A DNA stretch of 64,000 bases from Pedobacter sp. (GCA_050253415.1 JBFWJC010000002.1:640725-704724); one strand, 5' to 3'; counted from the stretch's first letter, positions 47,598-57,614 are shown. Numbers and translations are program-made. The notes: a model not told the origin generated them from the letters alone.

Positions 47598-48665
47598 TCA
47601 GTGAGTTTTGGATAGCTGGTCCTCGGCTGTTATGAGCGCGTCGGCCTCTTTTTTTAACCGGTCGGCCAAGGTTCCAACCGCCAGGGCGAAAGATGTCGAT
47701 CGGTTCCAGCGCATCAACGTGCGGAAGTTGCCGGTAACCAGAAACGCCTGTCCATCGGGACCGTCGGGCAGGATCAGCGAGGCGTTCAGGTCATCCGCTC
47801 CGCCGGATACCGGTATTCCCAACTCGCGCCAGTCCCGCAAGGTTTTTTTGATTTTTGAATCGGCCAGGGACCGGTCGAAGCCTTCGGGGAGCACGACCAG
47901 CCAGCCCCATTTCTGATCTTTTGTCCATCCTGCACGGGCCAGGTAGCTGGCGGCCGAGGCCACCGCGTCTTCCACATCCGTCCAGATATTGCGATGTCCG
48001 TCACCGTTGAAATCGACGGCATAGTCACGGTAGGTGGTCGGGATGAACTGAAAGTGACCCATGGCTCCGGCCCAGGACCCGCGCAGATCTTCACTGCGCA
48101 TCTGTTCCTGGTCCAGGATCGTCAGGGCGGCCAGCAACTGTTTGCGGAAAAATGCCTGACGCTCCCCCTGATAGGCCTGGGTAGCCAGCGCGCCGATGAC
48201 CGCATGGCGGCGGCCGCCTTTGCCGAAATCGCTCTCGATGGCCCACAGGGCGACCAGGTATTCAGGCTGTACGCCATAGGTTTCCGATACCTTTTGCAGC
48301 AGTACCCGGTGTTGGGCTATCTGCCGTAAACCTTCATGAAGACGCTGGTCCGAGGCGAGTCGTCGCACATATTCGAGCTTGGTCAGGGAGAATTCGGCTT
48401 GCTTTTGGCGGGGCGTAACGACGGCCGGTATCGGCTGCAGTCCATCAAGGGCTTCTTGTAAAACCTCCGGGCGTATCCCCTGTGCCAGGGCTTCCTGTCG
48501 CAGTTCCTCCAGCCAAATTTCAAAATTCTGTTGTTCTGTGTTTTGCACTTTTTCAACGATGGGCGGTAACACCTGCTCCACTTTGCGGGGAGTTGGAGCA
48601 CACGCCGTTATCAGGAGTAAAAGTGCGCTGGCCGTTAGTGCTGCGGAATAATGTAACTTGATCAT
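47598..48665 (-). CDS. Lytic murein transglycosylase (MltB family) lipoprotein
   Basis: Lipobox ITAC, ALWAIESDFG, GSWAGAMGHFQFIPT, NF..L.RWNRS. Confidence 0.92.
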   Translation of the reverse strand: MIKLHYSAALTASALLLLITACAPTPRKVEQVLPPIVEKVQNTEQQNFEIWLEELRQEALAQGIRPEVLQEALDGLQPIPAVVTPRQKQAEFSLTKLEYVRRLASDQRLHEGLRQIAQHRVLLQKVSETYGVQPEYLVALWAIESDFGKGGRRHAVIGALATQAYQGERQAFFRKQLLAALTILDQEQMRSEDLRGSWAGAMGHFQFIPTTYRDYAVDFNGDGHRNIWTDVEDAVASAASYLARAGWTKDQKWGWLVVLPEGFDRSLADSKIKKTLRDWRELGIPVSGGADDLNASLILPDGPDGQAFLVTGNFRTLMRWNRSTSFALAVGTLADRLKKEADALITAEDQLSKTH

Positions 48666-48866
48666 GGCATCCTCTTAGACACACCTTGTCGAATGTAAGT
48701 CTCCTGCGCGGACTTTAAAATATTTCCCCTTTGGGTTCTACATAAATCGTCGGCAGGGGGTGGCAGCGCCTCCTTACGCGCGGATATCTGGTAAAATTTC
48801 ATAAAACACCGATCATGGTGGGGCGTCTTGAACTTTTAACCGTACGGCTGTAACGGGGAGGCACCG

Positions 48867-51275
48867 ATGACAGAGTTCACGCATATCATGTGGTTTGAGG
48901 ATATCGGTCTTTACGATTTGCCACTGGTGGGGGGGAAAAATGCCTCGCTGGGCGAGATGATCGGCAATCTGTCCGATCTGGGCATCAGGGTGCCCGGAGG
49001 GTTTGCCGTAACGGCCGAGGCGTATCGGTACTTTTTGCGTGAAACGGGGTTGGAAAAGCAAATCACAAACCTGTTGACCGATCTCGACACGGACAACATG
49101 GACAGTCTGGCGACGATCGGGCACCAGGTACGCCGGGCCATCCGCCATGCTGAATTGCCCGATGGTCTGGAACAGGCCATCCGTACCGCCTATGCCCAGA
49201 TGGAGCAGCAATATGGTACGGATTGCGATGTGGCGGTGCGTTCCAGTGCCACCGCAGAGGATCTGCCCGACGCTTCGTTTGCCGGTCAACAGGAAACCTA
49301 TCTCAATATTCGCGGCGCCGACGAACTGCTCAGCGCCTGCCGCAACTGTTTTGCCTCTCTGTTCACCAACCGGGCGCTGTCCTACCGGGTCCATCATGGA
49401 TTCGATCACATGGCCGTGGCGCTGTCCATCGGGGTGCAGAAGATGGTGCGTTCGGATCTGGCCAGCGCCGGAGTCATGTTCACCATCTCGACGGAGACCG
49501 GTTTTCGCGATGTGGTGTTGATCAACGGCGCATGGGGACTGGGTGAAAACGTGGTGCGTGGTGCGGTCAATCCCGATGAATTTTTTGTTTTCAAGCCGAC
49601 CCTCAAGCAGGGCTATCGCCCGATCATCAGCAAGCATGTCGGCAGCAAAAAGAAGAAAATTATTTACAGCATCAATAACGGTCCGCAACCGACCCGCGAG
49701 ATCACGGTACCGATTGAGGATCGCGAACGTCTTTGCCTGGACGACGACGAGGTGCTGGCCCTGGCGCGCATGGCGTGCGTGATCGAAGACCATTACAAGC
49801 GGCCTATGGACATCGAATGGGCCAAGGACGGTGAAACAGGCGAGCTGTTTATCGTACAGGCCCGACCGGAAACCGTGCAATCTTCCCTGCAGGGCAACGT
49901 ACTCGAGGAATACCATCTGCGGCAGCGCGGTGACGTCATCACCCAGGGGCGCGCGGTTGGCAGCAAGATCGGCGTCGGCAAGGCCATTGTCATCAAGGAC
50001 GCCTCCGAAATCGCACGGTTTCAGGCCGGTGCCGTGCTGGTGACCGATATGACCGACCCCGACTGGGAACCGGTCATGAAAAAAGCCGCGGCCATCGTCA
50101 CAAACCGTGGCGGTCGTACCTGCCATGCGGCTATTGTCAGCCGTGAACTCGGTATCCCCTGCGTTATCGGTACCGCCGATGGCACGACGACCATTGCCGA
50201 CGGCGATGCGGTGACCGTATGCTGTGCCGAGGGGGAAACCGGCTTCGTTTATCGGGGTGAGCTGGCTTTTGAAATTAAGAAAACCGACCTCGAAGAGCTT
50301 AAACGGCCGCGCACAAAAATCATGATGAATATCGGTAATCCCGAACAAGCCTTCGGATTGCGGCGCATACCGAACGACGGTGTCGGTTTGGCGCGTCTCG
50401 AATTCATTATCAATACCGTCATCCAGGCCCATCCTATAGCCCTGTTGCATCCGGACCGGATTGCGGATGCGGATGAGCGCGAAAAGATCGCGCAACTGAT
50501 TACCGGGTATCCCGATGGCGGCGAATATTTCGTGGATAAGCTCGCCCAGGGTGTGGCCACGTTGGCGGCGGCGTTTTATCCCAACGACGTGATTGTGCGC
50601 ATGAGCGATTTCAAGAGTAACGAATACGCCAACCTGCTTGGCGGACGGGCTTTCGAGCCGGAAGAATCGAACCCCATGATTGGTTTTCGCGGGGCCTCGC
50701 GCTATTATGACGATCGCTATCGCGAGGGCTTTATGCTGGAGTGCCGAGCCATGAAGCGGGTACGCGAGGAAATGGGGCTCACCAACGTCAAACTGATGAT
50801 TCCCTTCTGTCGTACCGTTGAAGAAGGGCGGCGGGTGGTCGAGGTCATGGCCGGGGCAGGACTGGAAAGGGGCAAGGATGGTCTCGAGCTGTATGTGATG
50901 TGCGAAATTCCGTCCAACGTGGTGCTGGCCGAAGAGTTCGCCGAGGTGTTCGACGGTTTTTCCATCGGTTCCAACGACCTGACCCAGCTGTTGTTGGGGC
51001 TGGATCGCGACTCCGAGATCGTCGCCCATCTCTACGATGAGCGCAACGAGGCAGTCACGCGCATGATCGCCGACGTCATCCGGCGAGTCAAGGCGGTAGG
51101 GTGTAAAATCGGTATCTGCGGACAGGCACCGAGCGATTATCCGGAGTTCGCCGCGTTTCTGGTCGAGTGCGGCATTGACAGTATCTCGCTCAATCCGGAT
51201 ACGGTGCTGGCCACCACCTTGAGTATTCTGGAACTGGAAGCGAAGTTGAATAAGCATCGCGAGGCTGGAGGTTAA
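48867..51275 (+). CDS. ppsA: Phosphoenolpyruvate synthase
   Basis: VGGKNASLGEM, AVRSSATAED, QARPETV, GGRTCHAAI phospho-His, SIGSNDLTQ, ICGQAPSD. Confidence 0.97.
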   Translation: MTEFTHIMWFEDIGLYDLPLVGGKNASLGEMIGNLSDLGIRVPGGFAVTAEAYRYFLRETGLEKQITNLLTDLDTDNMDSLATIGHQVRRAIRHAELPDGLEQAIRTAYAQMEQQYGTDCDVAVRSSATAEDLPDASFAGQQETYLNIRGADELLSACRNCFASLFTNRALSYRVHHGFDHMAVALSIGVQKMVRSDLASAGVMFTISTETGFRDVVLINGAWGLGENVVRGAVNPDEFFVFKPTLKQGYRPIISKHVGSKKKKIIYSINNGPQPTREITVPIEDRERLCLDDDEVLALARMACVIEDHYKRPMDIEWAKDGETGELFIVQARPETVQSSLQGNVLEEYHLRQRGDVITQGRAVGSKIGVGKAIVIKDASEIARFQAGAVLVTDMTDPDWEPVMKKAAAIVTNRGGRTCHAAIVSRELGIPCVIGTADGTTTIADGDAVTVCCAEGETGFVYRGELAFEIKKTDLEELKRPRTKIMMNIGNPEQAFGLRRIPNDGVGLARLEFIINTVIQAHPIALLHPDRIADADEREKIAQLITGYPDGGEYFVDKLAQGVATLAAAFYPNDVIVRMSDFKSNEYANLLGGRAFEPEESNPMIGFRGASRYYDDRYREGFMLECRAMKRVREEMGLTNVKLMIPFCRTVEEGRRVVEVMAGAGLERGKDGLELYVMCEIPSNVVLAEEFAEVFDGFSIGSNDLTQLLLGLDRDSEIVAHLYDERNEAVTRMIADVIRRVKAVGCKIGICGQAPSDYPEFAAFLVECGIDSISLNPDTVLATTLSILELEAKLNKHREAGG

Positions 51276-51294
51276 ATAGGAAAATCCAAATCGT

Positions 51295-51441
51295 TCTCAC
51301 GCCCGTTCGCTGTACTCACTAAAGCCGCAAAGACGCAAAGGAGAAATGCGGAGAAATCATAAAAACGATTATAAAGGTGGGGGATTTTAGATTTTCTTTG
51401 AGGCTTTGCGTCTTGAGAGACTGAAAGGAGCGGGCGTGAGA
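51295..51441. repeat. Nested inverted-repeat intergenic element
   Basis: Outer arms TCTCACGCCCGTTC / GAGCGGGCGTGAGA; inner arms AAGACGCAAAG (51330-51340) / CTTTGCGTCTT (51404-51414). Confidence 0.75.
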
Positions 51442-51522
51442 TAGTTTTTGTGTTTTTCGATTTTTATGAGCCAGGGGTATAAACAAGGCATTTCATTTTT
51501 TTGATGTAAGGGAGTCTATTTC

Positions 51523-52110
51523 GTGAATTTAGCTTTGCCCGATAGCGGGACTTTGAGCCTTCTGTTATTACCGCTACTGGTGTTCTTTGCCCGCATTATC
51601 GACGTAAGTATCGGTACCCTGAGGATTATCTTCGTGTCCCGGTCCCTCAAGGGCTGGGCGGCGTTGCTGGGCTTTTTCGAGTCGCTGATCTGGGTGGTGG
51701 CCATTAGTCAGGTGATGCAGAACCTGACCAATGTTTTGACCTACATAGCCTTTGCCCTTGGATTTGCCACCGGCAATTATGTCGGCGTATTGCTTGAGGA
51801 ACGTATCGCTTTTGGCAGCCTGATTGTGCGCATTATCACCCGCAAGGATGCCTCCGAGCTGACCGAACATCTCTGGAAAGCCGGTTACGGGGTGACCAAC
51901 CTGCATGCGCATGGCGAAACCGGGCCGGTGCAACTGATCTTTACGGTGTGCCGTCGGCGCGACGTTCAGGATGTGTTGCGACTGGTGAAACGCTTTAATC
52001 CCCGCGCCTTCTACACTATCGAGGATGTTCGGTACGTGCAGGACAATATCCCCCCCTCCCTGCGCCGCCGGGGAATCATGTCGCGTATGGCACTGCGCAA
52101 TCGGAAATGA
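51523..52110 (+). CDS. DUF2179/UPF0316-family membrane protein
   Basis: ARIIDVSIGTLR, GFFESLIW, GFATGNYVG, GYGVT, P.AFYTIEDVR. Confidence 0.85.
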   Translation: MNLALPDSGTLSLLLLPLLVFFARIIDVSIGTLRIIFVSRSLKGWAALLGFFESLIWVVAISQVMQNLTNVLTYIAFALGFATGNYVGVLLEERIAFGSLIVRIITRKDASELTEHLWKAGYGVTNLHAHGETGPVQLIFTVCRRRDVQDVLRLVKRFNPRAFYTIEDVRYVQDNIPPSLRRRGIMSRMALRNRK

Positions 52111-52119
52111 GGAAAGCTA

Positions 52120-52171
52120 GCTGTAAGCTGTAAGGTGTAAGCCAAGGACAAAGGACAAAGGACAAAGGACA
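52120..52171. repeat. Heptamer tandem repeats
   Basis: G(C/G)TGTAA x3 (52120-52140) then AAGGACA x4 (52144-52171), between convergent genes. Confidence 0.85.
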
Positions 52172-52184
52172 GGCTAGTCACCAG

Positions 52185-52700
52185 TCACGGTTTTGCCCAC
52201 ATGCCTCGTCTGTTGCATCGCGCCTCTGCCTCCAGCTGTAAAAATTCCTTTTTCAGAGAAAAGTCAAAGCGCCGATAGACCACGGCGTAGCCTTGTTGGA
52301 GCAGGATCCTATTAAGCATGTGTCCATCGGGGAGGGTAACGTAGGCGAGCAATCGGCCGTAGGTATCATGTGTGGGATGCTCGGTGGTGAGGGTGACGGT
52401 CTGTCCGTAACTCTGTTCAATGACCAAATCCCGGGCCATGGCGTGGATGTTGCGCAGGGTGGAGGGGGTGGCGCCCTGCCGTGTGAAGTAGCGGTCGCGG
52501 GGCGACGTTTTTCTTTCGGGGACGTCGATGCCGAGCAGTCGCACCTTGCCGATACCTGCAACCTCGATGGTGTCGCCGTCATGGACCCATGTGACCTTGC
52601 CGCGCTGATCTGGGGCGGCCGTGGCAAGTACGGCTGAGAACAGCAGACATAGAAAGTTGACGAGGATGATGGCCGTTTGTCTGCGGGCCCCCCTTGTCAA
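52185..52700 (-). CDS. Thermonuclease (SNase) family secreted nuclease
   Basis: DGDTI, VRLLGIDVPE, DTYGRLLAYV, EAEAR..RRGMW. Confidence 0.9.
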   Translation of the reverse strand: MTRGARRQTAIILVNFLCLLFSAVLATAAPDQRGKVTWVHDGDTIEVAGIGKVRLLGIDVPERKTSPRDRYFTRQGATPSTLRNIHAMARDLVIEQSYGQTVTLTTEHPTHDTYGRLLAYVTLPDGHMLNRILLQQGYAVVYRRFDFSLKKEFLQLEAEARCNRRGMWAKP

Positions 52701-53125
52701 CGGCTACGACCCCACAAGGCGCGGGCAAAGATCCCGGTGACGGCGCCCCACACCAGATTGTAGAAAACCACAAAAACCGGCGTGAGGGTTCCGAGGCCAA
52801 GGCCCATAATCCCGAAAGATGTCTGGCTGGGGTAAGTGTAAAACAGCTGCCAGGCACTGGGCAGCAAACTGACCCATAGCCCTTTGCGCATCCACCGGGT
52901 GCGCGTGCGGGGGGTGCTGACGGTTATACTGTAAACCAGGCCCCAGAGGCCTCCGAAGATCAGACGCGGATAGATCCAGTCCGCGGTCCATTCGGGTACC
53001 AGGTTGACACCGCACCATTGGGGCAGGCCGGCTGCTGCAGCCATCCAGGCAACGTCGCTGCTTGCAAACGCGCCGAGCAGTCCGGCGCAGAAGCAGATAC
53101 ATAACAGACTTCGGTAGTTGTTCAT
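52697..53125 (-). CDS. Hypothetical four-TM membrane protein
   Basis: Hydrophobic ORF with GAGGG RBS; overlaps the thermonuclease start. Confidence 0.7.
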   Translation of the reverse strand: MNNYRSLLCICFCAGLLGAFASSDVAWMAAAAGLPQWCGVNLVPEWTADWIYPRLIFGGLWGLVYSITVSTPRTRTRWMRKGLWVSLLPSAWQLFYTYPSQTSFGIMGLGLGTLTPVFVVFYNLVWGAVTGIFARALWGRSR

Positions 53126-53210
53126 CGCGCCCTCGTCAAAGACAAAAAATTACAGGGGAAAAGTCCGGTTAAGGTTGCTGTTAAGGGCATCTCCCCACTG
53201 AGGACGAGAT

Positions 53211-54032
53211 TTATAGATTTAGTGGTTCCAGTGTCTCGTTGAGGCTTCCGGTACGATAGCCTTCCAGGTCAAGGGATACGTAAATAAATCCCGCGGCCTT
53301 AGAGCCTTCAATAACAGCGCGGCGGGTGGGTTCCTCCACCAGCTTCGGAAACAGGTCGGGGGTAATCTCAATACGTACGGTTTGGCCGTGGTGACGTGCG
53401 CGCGCCCCGTTGAAGCCCAAAGATCGCAGCACCGCTTCGCATCGTTCGACCTGCTCGAGTTGTTTTGTGTCGATGGCCGTGTCGTAAGGTATTCGCGATG
53501 CCAGGCAGGCAAACGCCGGGCGATCCCAGGTTGGCAGACCGCGTTGCCGACTGAGGTCTCGAATGTCGTGCTTGGTCAGGCCGGCTTCAGCCAGGGGAGA
53601 ACGTACTCCCAACTCAAGGGCTGCTCGGTGGCCGGGACGATAATCGGAGTCGTCATCGCGGTTGGTTCCGTCCAGCAGCGTGCTGAATCCTTGATCGCGC
53701 GCCGTTGCCAGACACAAGCCGAAAAGAGCTTTTTTGCAGTGATAACAACGCAGCGCATCGTTACGGACGACTTCCGGCAGGGACAGCAGGTCGCATTGGA
53801 TGAGAATATGGCGGGCGCCGAGTTGCCGGGCGAGGGTTCGACTGTCCTGCAGCTCCCACTCGGGAAAGAAAGGCGAGGCGGCAGTGATGGCCAGTACCTT
53901 GTCAGTGCCGAGGGCGTCGAGGGCAGCGCGCAACAGCAGGGTAGAGTCCACTCCGCCGGAAAAGGCCACGGTGGCCCGGTCGAAACGTCTCAGAAGTTGC
54001 AGAAGCGTTTTATATTTGTCTTCACAGCTCAT
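53211..54032 (-). CDS. larE: LarE-family ATP-dependent sulfur transferase
   Basis: PP-loop AFSGGVDS, RCYHCK, DGTN.DD..DYRPG, ACLASRIPY, DLEGYRTGSLN. Confidence 0.9.
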   Translation of the reverse strand: MSCEDKYKTLLQLLRRFDRATVAFSGGVDSTLLLRAALDALGTDKVLAITAASPFFPEWELQDSRTLARQLGARHILIQCDLLSLPEVVRNDALRCYHCKKALFGLCLATARDQGFSTLLDGTNRDDDSDYRPGHRAALELGVRSPLAEAGLTKHDIRDLSRQRGLPTWDRPAFACLASRIPYDTAIDTKQLEQVERCEAVLRSLGFNGARARHHGQTVRIEITPDLFPKLVEEPTRRAVIEGSKAAGFIYVSLDLEGYRTGSLNETLEPLNL

Positions 54033-54060
54033 GGTATGCCGGGTAGATCGGATCGCAGGG

Positions 54061-54981
54061 TCAGTCGAATACCCCGACAGACAGGTAGCGTTCACCTGTG
54101 TCGCACAAAATGGTCACCACGTTTTTACCGGGACCGAGGCGTTCTGCCAGTTGCAGAGCGGCAAAGACATTGGCACCGGCGGAGATGCCGACGAACAATC
54201 CTTCCTCTCGGGCCAGACGGCGGGTGGTGCTGTAGGCTTCCTCGTCGCTGACGGTCATGATTTCCTGGTAGACCGAGGTGTCGAGGACATCGGGGATGAA
54301 GCCGGCACCGATTCCCTGGATTTTATGCAGACCGGGCGAACCTCCGGACAGAATCGGCGAGGCTGCCGGTTCCACTGCGGCGATGTGCACCTGGGGATTA
54401 TGGTTGCGCAGGGCATGGCCGACACCGGTGATGGTGCCACCGGTGCCGACGCCGGCGACAAATGCATCGACCGGGGCATCGAGGGCGGCAATGATTTCCG
54501 GTCCGGTGGTCTGTTCATGGACCAGGGGGTTGGCCGGGTTGCTGAACTGCATGGGGATGTAATACCCGTGTTTGGCGGACATTTCCTCCGCCAGGGCAAC
54601 GGCGCCGCGCATCCCGTGAGAGCCCGGCGTAAGAACCAGCTCTGCACCGTAGGCGGTCAGAAGACGCTGGCGTTCGATGCTCATGGTTTCAGGCATGGTT
54701 AAAACCAGCTTGTAGCCCTTTACCGCGCACACCAGTGCCAGGCCGATGCCGGTGTTGCCGCTGGTTGGTTCAACCAGTGTGGCGCCTGGTTTGAGCAAAC
54801 CACGTTTTTCAGCATCCTCGACCATTGCCAGGGCAATACGGTCTTTGACGCTGCCTCCGGGGTTGGAAGCTTCCATTTTACCCCATACGGCAGCACTGTT
54901 CGAACCGGTCAGGCGGGTGATGCGTACCAGGGGGGTGTTGTGAATTTGTCCAAGGGGGTTCTGGCTGATAACGGCCGGCAT
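54061..54981 (-). CDS. cysK: Cysteine synthase A
   Basis: NPGGSVKDRI, EPTSGNTGIG, GVGTGGT, HKIQGIG, DTGERYLS. Confidence 0.95.
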   Translation of the reverse strand: MPAVISQNPLGQIHNTPLVRITRLTGSNSAAVWGKMEASNPGGSVKDRIALAMVEDAEKRGLLKPGATLVEPTSGNTGIGLALVCAVKGYKLVLTMPETMSIERQRLLTAYGAELVLTPGSHGMRGAVALAEEMSAKHGYYIPMQFSNPANPLVHEQTTGPEIIAALDAPVDAFVAGVGTGGTITGVGHALRNHNPQVHIAAVEPAASPILSGGSPGLHKIQGIGAGFIPDVLDTSVYQEIMTVSDEEAYSTTRRLAREEGLFVGISAGANVFAALQLAERLGPGKNVVTILCDTGERYLSVGVFD

Positions 54982-55213
54982 GGTATCCTCCGGGGATCCA
55001 AGGTGGTCATAGATATGGATTGACTGTGCAGTCGGTGCCCGGAACCGTTTTTATTTTCGGACAGGCGGAGGACCGCTTCTAATAGGCTCAAGTCACTAGC
55101 ATATCAGCCATTTGAGTCGATTAAAAGGTTTCTTTTTTGTTTGAATATCAGAAGGGGGTGGCTTGCATCGCCGCACGGCAATGGTTTACTTAGAACAGTG
55201 CATAGGAGGGGCG

Positions 55214-55624
55214 ATGACTCTGCAAGGTGATCTTATATTGCGACCCAAGACTCTTGCCTGGATAGAGCAGGCCGGAGGGGAAGTGGTTTTGCCGGTGGTC
55301 TGGTTTGGCTGCGTGCATGGTTTTCCGGCGCGGTTGGTTGTCGGGCTGCGGGATGAACCGGGTCTTGTTGGGGGCGAGGACCGGGTACGTCGTTTTTGCC
55401 TGTGCTGGATGCGGGACAGGTCGGCGATGGGCCCGTCTGAGGAAAAGGCTACATATGGAGAGATTGTGCGTCTTGGCTGCCACGATGGCCAGATTGCCGA
55501 TGCCTATGGTACTTTGATTTTGAGTGGACGATTGGAAAAATTGACCATCGGTCAGTGTACTTTTTCTGCTGGGCAGGTAGATTTTGCCCGGTTTCTAGGG
55601 AGTTCAAGCCGGGCGGATGCCTGA
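55214..55624 (+). CDS. Hypothetical protein
   Basis: AGGAGG RBS and ATG; 136-aa ORF with no recognised motif. Confidence 0.5.
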   Translation: MTLQGDLILRPKTLAWIEQAGGEVVLPVVWFGCVHGFPARLVVGLRDEPGLVGGEDRVRRFCLCWMRDRSAMGPSEEKATYGEIVRLGCHDGQIADAYGTLILSGRLEKLTIGQCTFSAGQVDFARFLGSSSRADA

Positions 55625-55644
55625 ACTCCACCCGGCTGAATGGC

Positions 55645-55923
55645 TTATATGATCCTATTAAACAGGTAGCCCACCACCAAAATTCCCGGACCTGCAACAC
55701 CGATAAATAGGGCGGTAACACGCATCGTGAAGGCAAGTACGGTGCCGAGTTTCACCCCCTTGCCCACGATGCCGACCATGAAGTTTTCTGGAATAAAGCC
55801 GTGAATGGCCACCCCGACAAGAATTTCCAGAACCACAAGTTTTAACACCCTGCCAACGATATTCTGCACCGCATCGACGCTGAATTGGTAGTGTTTCTTC
55901 CCGGTCATGCTGGTATCAGGCAT
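55645..55923 (-). pseudogene. Remnant of an ArsP/DUF318-type permease
   Basis: AIHGFIPENFM, GKGVKLGTVLAF and FIGV.G.GILVVGYLFN.II match separated C-terminal blocks of this permease family; only 92 aa; downstream of acr3. Confidence 0.7.
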
Positions 55924-56036
55924 AGCTATTTACTGTGTCTGTATGTCCCGCCCAAATCCTCGACGCAATTTTCAAGTTTCATACGACCGATGGACTAACC
56001 GGTTTTAATCGGGGAATTTATTGTGGGGTGGCGTCG

Positions 56037-57119
56037 TTACTTCAGAACATCCACCGTTTCTATGCGGCATGCTGTGCGGCCTTTGAAATACTTGCGCTGG
56101 AAATAGAAGGACAGGTTCACAAGGCTGATGAGTACCGGTACTTCGACCAACGGGCCGATGACAGCGGCAAAGGCTTCGCCGGAATTGATACCGAATACCG
56201 AGATGGCGACAGCAATGGCCAGTTCAAAGTTGTTGCTGGCGGCGGTAAAGGACAGGGTGGCACTACGCTCGTAATCCGCTCCGGCTTTCCAGCTCATGAA
56301 GAAAGACACGACAAACATGATGACAAAATAGATCAGCAGCGGAATCGCGATGCGTACCACATCCAGCGGCAATCGGACGATGTAATCCCCCTTGAGGGCG
56401 AACATCACCACAATGGTGAACAGCAGGAAGATCAACGTCAGCGGGCTGATCTTCGGGACGAAAACATTCTCGTACCAGCTTTTGCCCTTGAGTCGGATGA
56501 GGCCGATGCGCGTCAGGATCCCTGCGGCAAACGGAATGCCCAGGTAAATGAGCACGCTCTGGGCAATCTGGCCCATGGTAAAACTGACCGTAGCTCCGGC
56601 CAGTCCGAACCAGGATGGCATCACGGTGATAAACACATAGGCATACAGAGAAAAGAACAGCACCTGGAACACCGAGTTGAATGCCACCAGGCCGGCCGCA
56701 TATTCACGGTCGCCGCAGGCCAGGTCGTTCCAGACGATGACCATGGCGATGCAGCGGGCCAGGCCGATAAGGATCAATCCGACCATGTAGGCCGGCAGGT
56801 CGTGCAGCAGAATGATGGCCAGAAAGAACATCAACAGCGGGCCGACCACCCAGTTCTGCACCAGGGACAGCAACAGAATTCTTTTGTCGCTGAACACGCG
56901 GGGCATCTCTTCGTAGCGCACCTTGGCCAACGGTGGGTACATCATCAAAATCAGTCCGATAGCGATGGGGATGTTGGTGGTGCCGACCTGGGAACTGAAG
57001 ATCAGTTGCTTGACCTGCGGCAGGAAGAAACCCGCGGCGATCCCTGCAACCATCGCCGCGAAAATCCAGAGTGTCAGGTAGCGATCAAGGAATGAGAGTT
57101 TTTTCTGGGTGGGGGGCAT
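56037..57119 (-). CDS. acr3: ACR3-family arsenite efflux transporter
   Basis: [51 protein letters not shown]. Confidence 0.96.
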   Translation of the reverse strand: MPPTQKKLSFLDRYLTLWIFAAMVAGIAAGFFLPQVKQLIFSSQVGTTNIPIAIGLILMMYPPLAKVRYEEMPRVFSDKRILLLSLVQNWVVGPLLMFFLAIILLHDLPAYMVGLILIGLARCIAMVIVWNDLACGDREYAAGLVAFNSVFQVLFFSLYAYVFITVMPSWFGLAGATVSFTMGQIAQSVLIYLGIPFAAGILTRIGLIRLKGKSWYENVFVPKISPLTLIFLLFTIVVMFALKGDYIVRLPLDVVRIAIPLLIYFVIMFVVSFFMSWKAGADYERSATLSFTAASNNFELAIAVAISVFGINSGEAFAAVIGPLVEVPVLISLVNLSFYFQRKYFKGRTACRIETVDVLK

Positions 57120-57200
57120 CGCACGGATCTCCTTTTTCAGGTTGCTGTAGGGTCAGACGGGACACACTCGAGCGTGTGCCTGTGTCCGATACACTTATGA

Positions 57201-57218
57201 CATCCGAAATAGCGGATG
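57201..57218. promoter_or_regulatory. Candidate ArsR operator upstream of acr3
   Basis: CATCCG-N6-CGGATG; same core as the site upstream of arsR. Confidence 0.6.
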
Positions 57219-57236
57219 CATTGGGTGTAAAAAAAA

Positions 57237-57578
57237 TCAGCCGCAAACTTTCTGTTGCAGGCCGGGCTTTGCAAGGCGTGCCTGATCGCTCTGGCATTGT
57301 TTGATGGTCGGCAGGTGTTTGCCCAGTACGGTCATGACCTGCAACGCCAAAGACCATTGTTCGCTGGCCAAAGAGTAATGCACCCAGATGCCGTCGCGGC
57401 GGTCTTCCACCAGACCGGCATTTTTCAGGATGCTCAGATGCCGCGAAGCGGTCGACTGCGGTAACTGCAGAATTTCCATGATGCGGCAAACGCATACCTC
57501 CCCCCCGAGGAGCAGATTCAGGATGCGCAGGCGGGTATCGTGAGCCAGAGCTTTAAATAGAGCGGTAGTTGGGTTCAT
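57237..57578 (-). CDS. arsR: ArsR/SmtB-family metalloregulator
   Basis: FKALAHDTRLRIL, EVCVC, QSTASRHL..LK.AGLV, R.G.WVHYSL. Confidence 0.92.
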   Translation of the reverse strand: MNPTTALFKALAHDTRLRILNLLLGGEVCVCRIMEILQLPQSTASRHLSILKNAGLVEDRRDGIWVHYSLASEQWSLALQVMTVLGKHLPTIKQCQSDQARLAKPGLQQKVCG

Positions 57579-57585
57579 GTCAATT

Positions 57586-57614
57586 AAGCTAATCCGGTTT
57601 TTCGGATATGTCAA
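57586..57614 (-). promoter_or_regulatory. Sigma70 promoter of arsR with an operator in the spacer
   Basis: TTGACA-N17-TAGCTT on the minus strand; ATCCG-N6-CGGAT at 57592-57607. Confidence 0.7.

Noticed and set aside
48813..51257. 814-aa minus-strand ORF, and similar long antisense ORFs such as 1570-2901, 7401-8672, 41340-42689, 55935-57095 and 59141-60406
   Set aside because: They are shadows of well-supported genes on the other strand, expected with GC-rich codon bias, and have no motifs.
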